From positions 1 to 64,000 of the IMG/VR virus record IMGVR_UViG_3300031999_000009: 64,000 bases of DNA. The stretch is one strand, 5' to 3'. Shown here piece after piece: positions 63,498-64,000 of the stretch. Within the stretch, counting starts at the first letter, position 1. The number at the start of each line of letters is the position of its first letter. This DNA comes from a virus. The notes under the pieces are model-generated. The model was not told where the DNA came from. It was given only the letters and a program-made list of their open reading frames with translations, and ran no database searches. Both the position numbers and the translations under genes were made by a program.

Positions 63498-63968
63498 ATG
63501 TCAGAACCGATCGGGATTGCACCGAAACGAAAGTTCACTGTCAACCAGTTCGATCTCGCGAATGCAATTCCTAACTGCCCGGCGCACTGCGCCATTGCGC
63601 TCGCTATTGAGCGGACCTATGGCGCAACGAATGTGAGGGTCGGTAGCACCAGGGACGGCCGGATCGCTTTCACCATCGGAAACAAGCGTTACGTTTACCC
63701 GGGCATTCCCCGTGCGGCGATCGAGTGTCAGTATCTCGTTGACGCCGGACAGGCCAACCGCGTAGCTCCATTTACCGTGAATCTTGAGCACGGCTTCGTT
63801 CACAAAGTTGGGCAAAGCCCCTCCAGCAACCCAAAGCGGAAGCGCCGTGGTCACTGGCAGCGGAAGGCGTCGCGGAGCCCGCGTGGCGTGCCCTACTCTC
63901 GGACGCTAAGGCGCGAGCTCGAACAGCGACAACTCGAGGCTCTTTCCACTGGGACACACGTCAGATGA
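63498..63968 (+). CDS. Hypothetical protein
   Basis: GGAGG RBS; HCAIALAI motif. Confidence 0.65.
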   Translation: MSEPIGIAPKRKFTVNQFDLANAIPNCPAHCAIALAIERTYGATNVRVGSTRDGRIAFTIGNKRYVYPGIPRAAIECQYLVDAGQANRVAPFTVNLEHGFVHKVGQSPSSNPKRKRRGHWQRKASRSPRGVPYSRTLRRELEQRQLEALSTGTHVR

Positions 63969-64000
63969 TCATCAAAATCATTCCGTCCGACGGGAAGCCC

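Overview
A 64-kb piece of a high-GC, long-tailed dsDNA phage genome with Mu-like head genes; nearly all genes are on the + strand. Order: (1) an RNA block with initiator tRNA, a 20-codon leader ORF, eight elongator tRNAs (Ser x2, Leu x4, Tyr, Gln) and a tmRNA; (2) DUF1643 and a methyltransferase; (3) the head module: DUF935 portal, about 8 kb of accessory virion genes, a ParB-MuF fusion, Mu-I-like protease/scaffold, cement protein and major capsid; (4) neck, tail tube, tail chaperone with a probable +1 frameshift, tape measure, and a tail-tip hub split into one N-half and three paralogous C-halves; (5) a lysis cassette with a GH108 endolysin; (6) an early/replication region with six near-identical promoters, a permuted AAA+ ATPase, SSB, SWIM-PrimPol, SWIM-ligase, SF2 helicase, HNH, Ku and a ~410-nt structured ncRNA. 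Strongest novel candidate: the leader ORF at 452-514 contains a cognate codon for every downstream elongator tRNA and sits in mutually exclusive RNA stems, suggesting a translation-sensing switch that controls the phage tRNA array. Two parS sites, each associated with an identical second 16-bp palindrome, are also notable. No terminase, integrase, reverse transcriptase or CRISPR array is visible. All family calls are from motif recognition by eye, not database searches.
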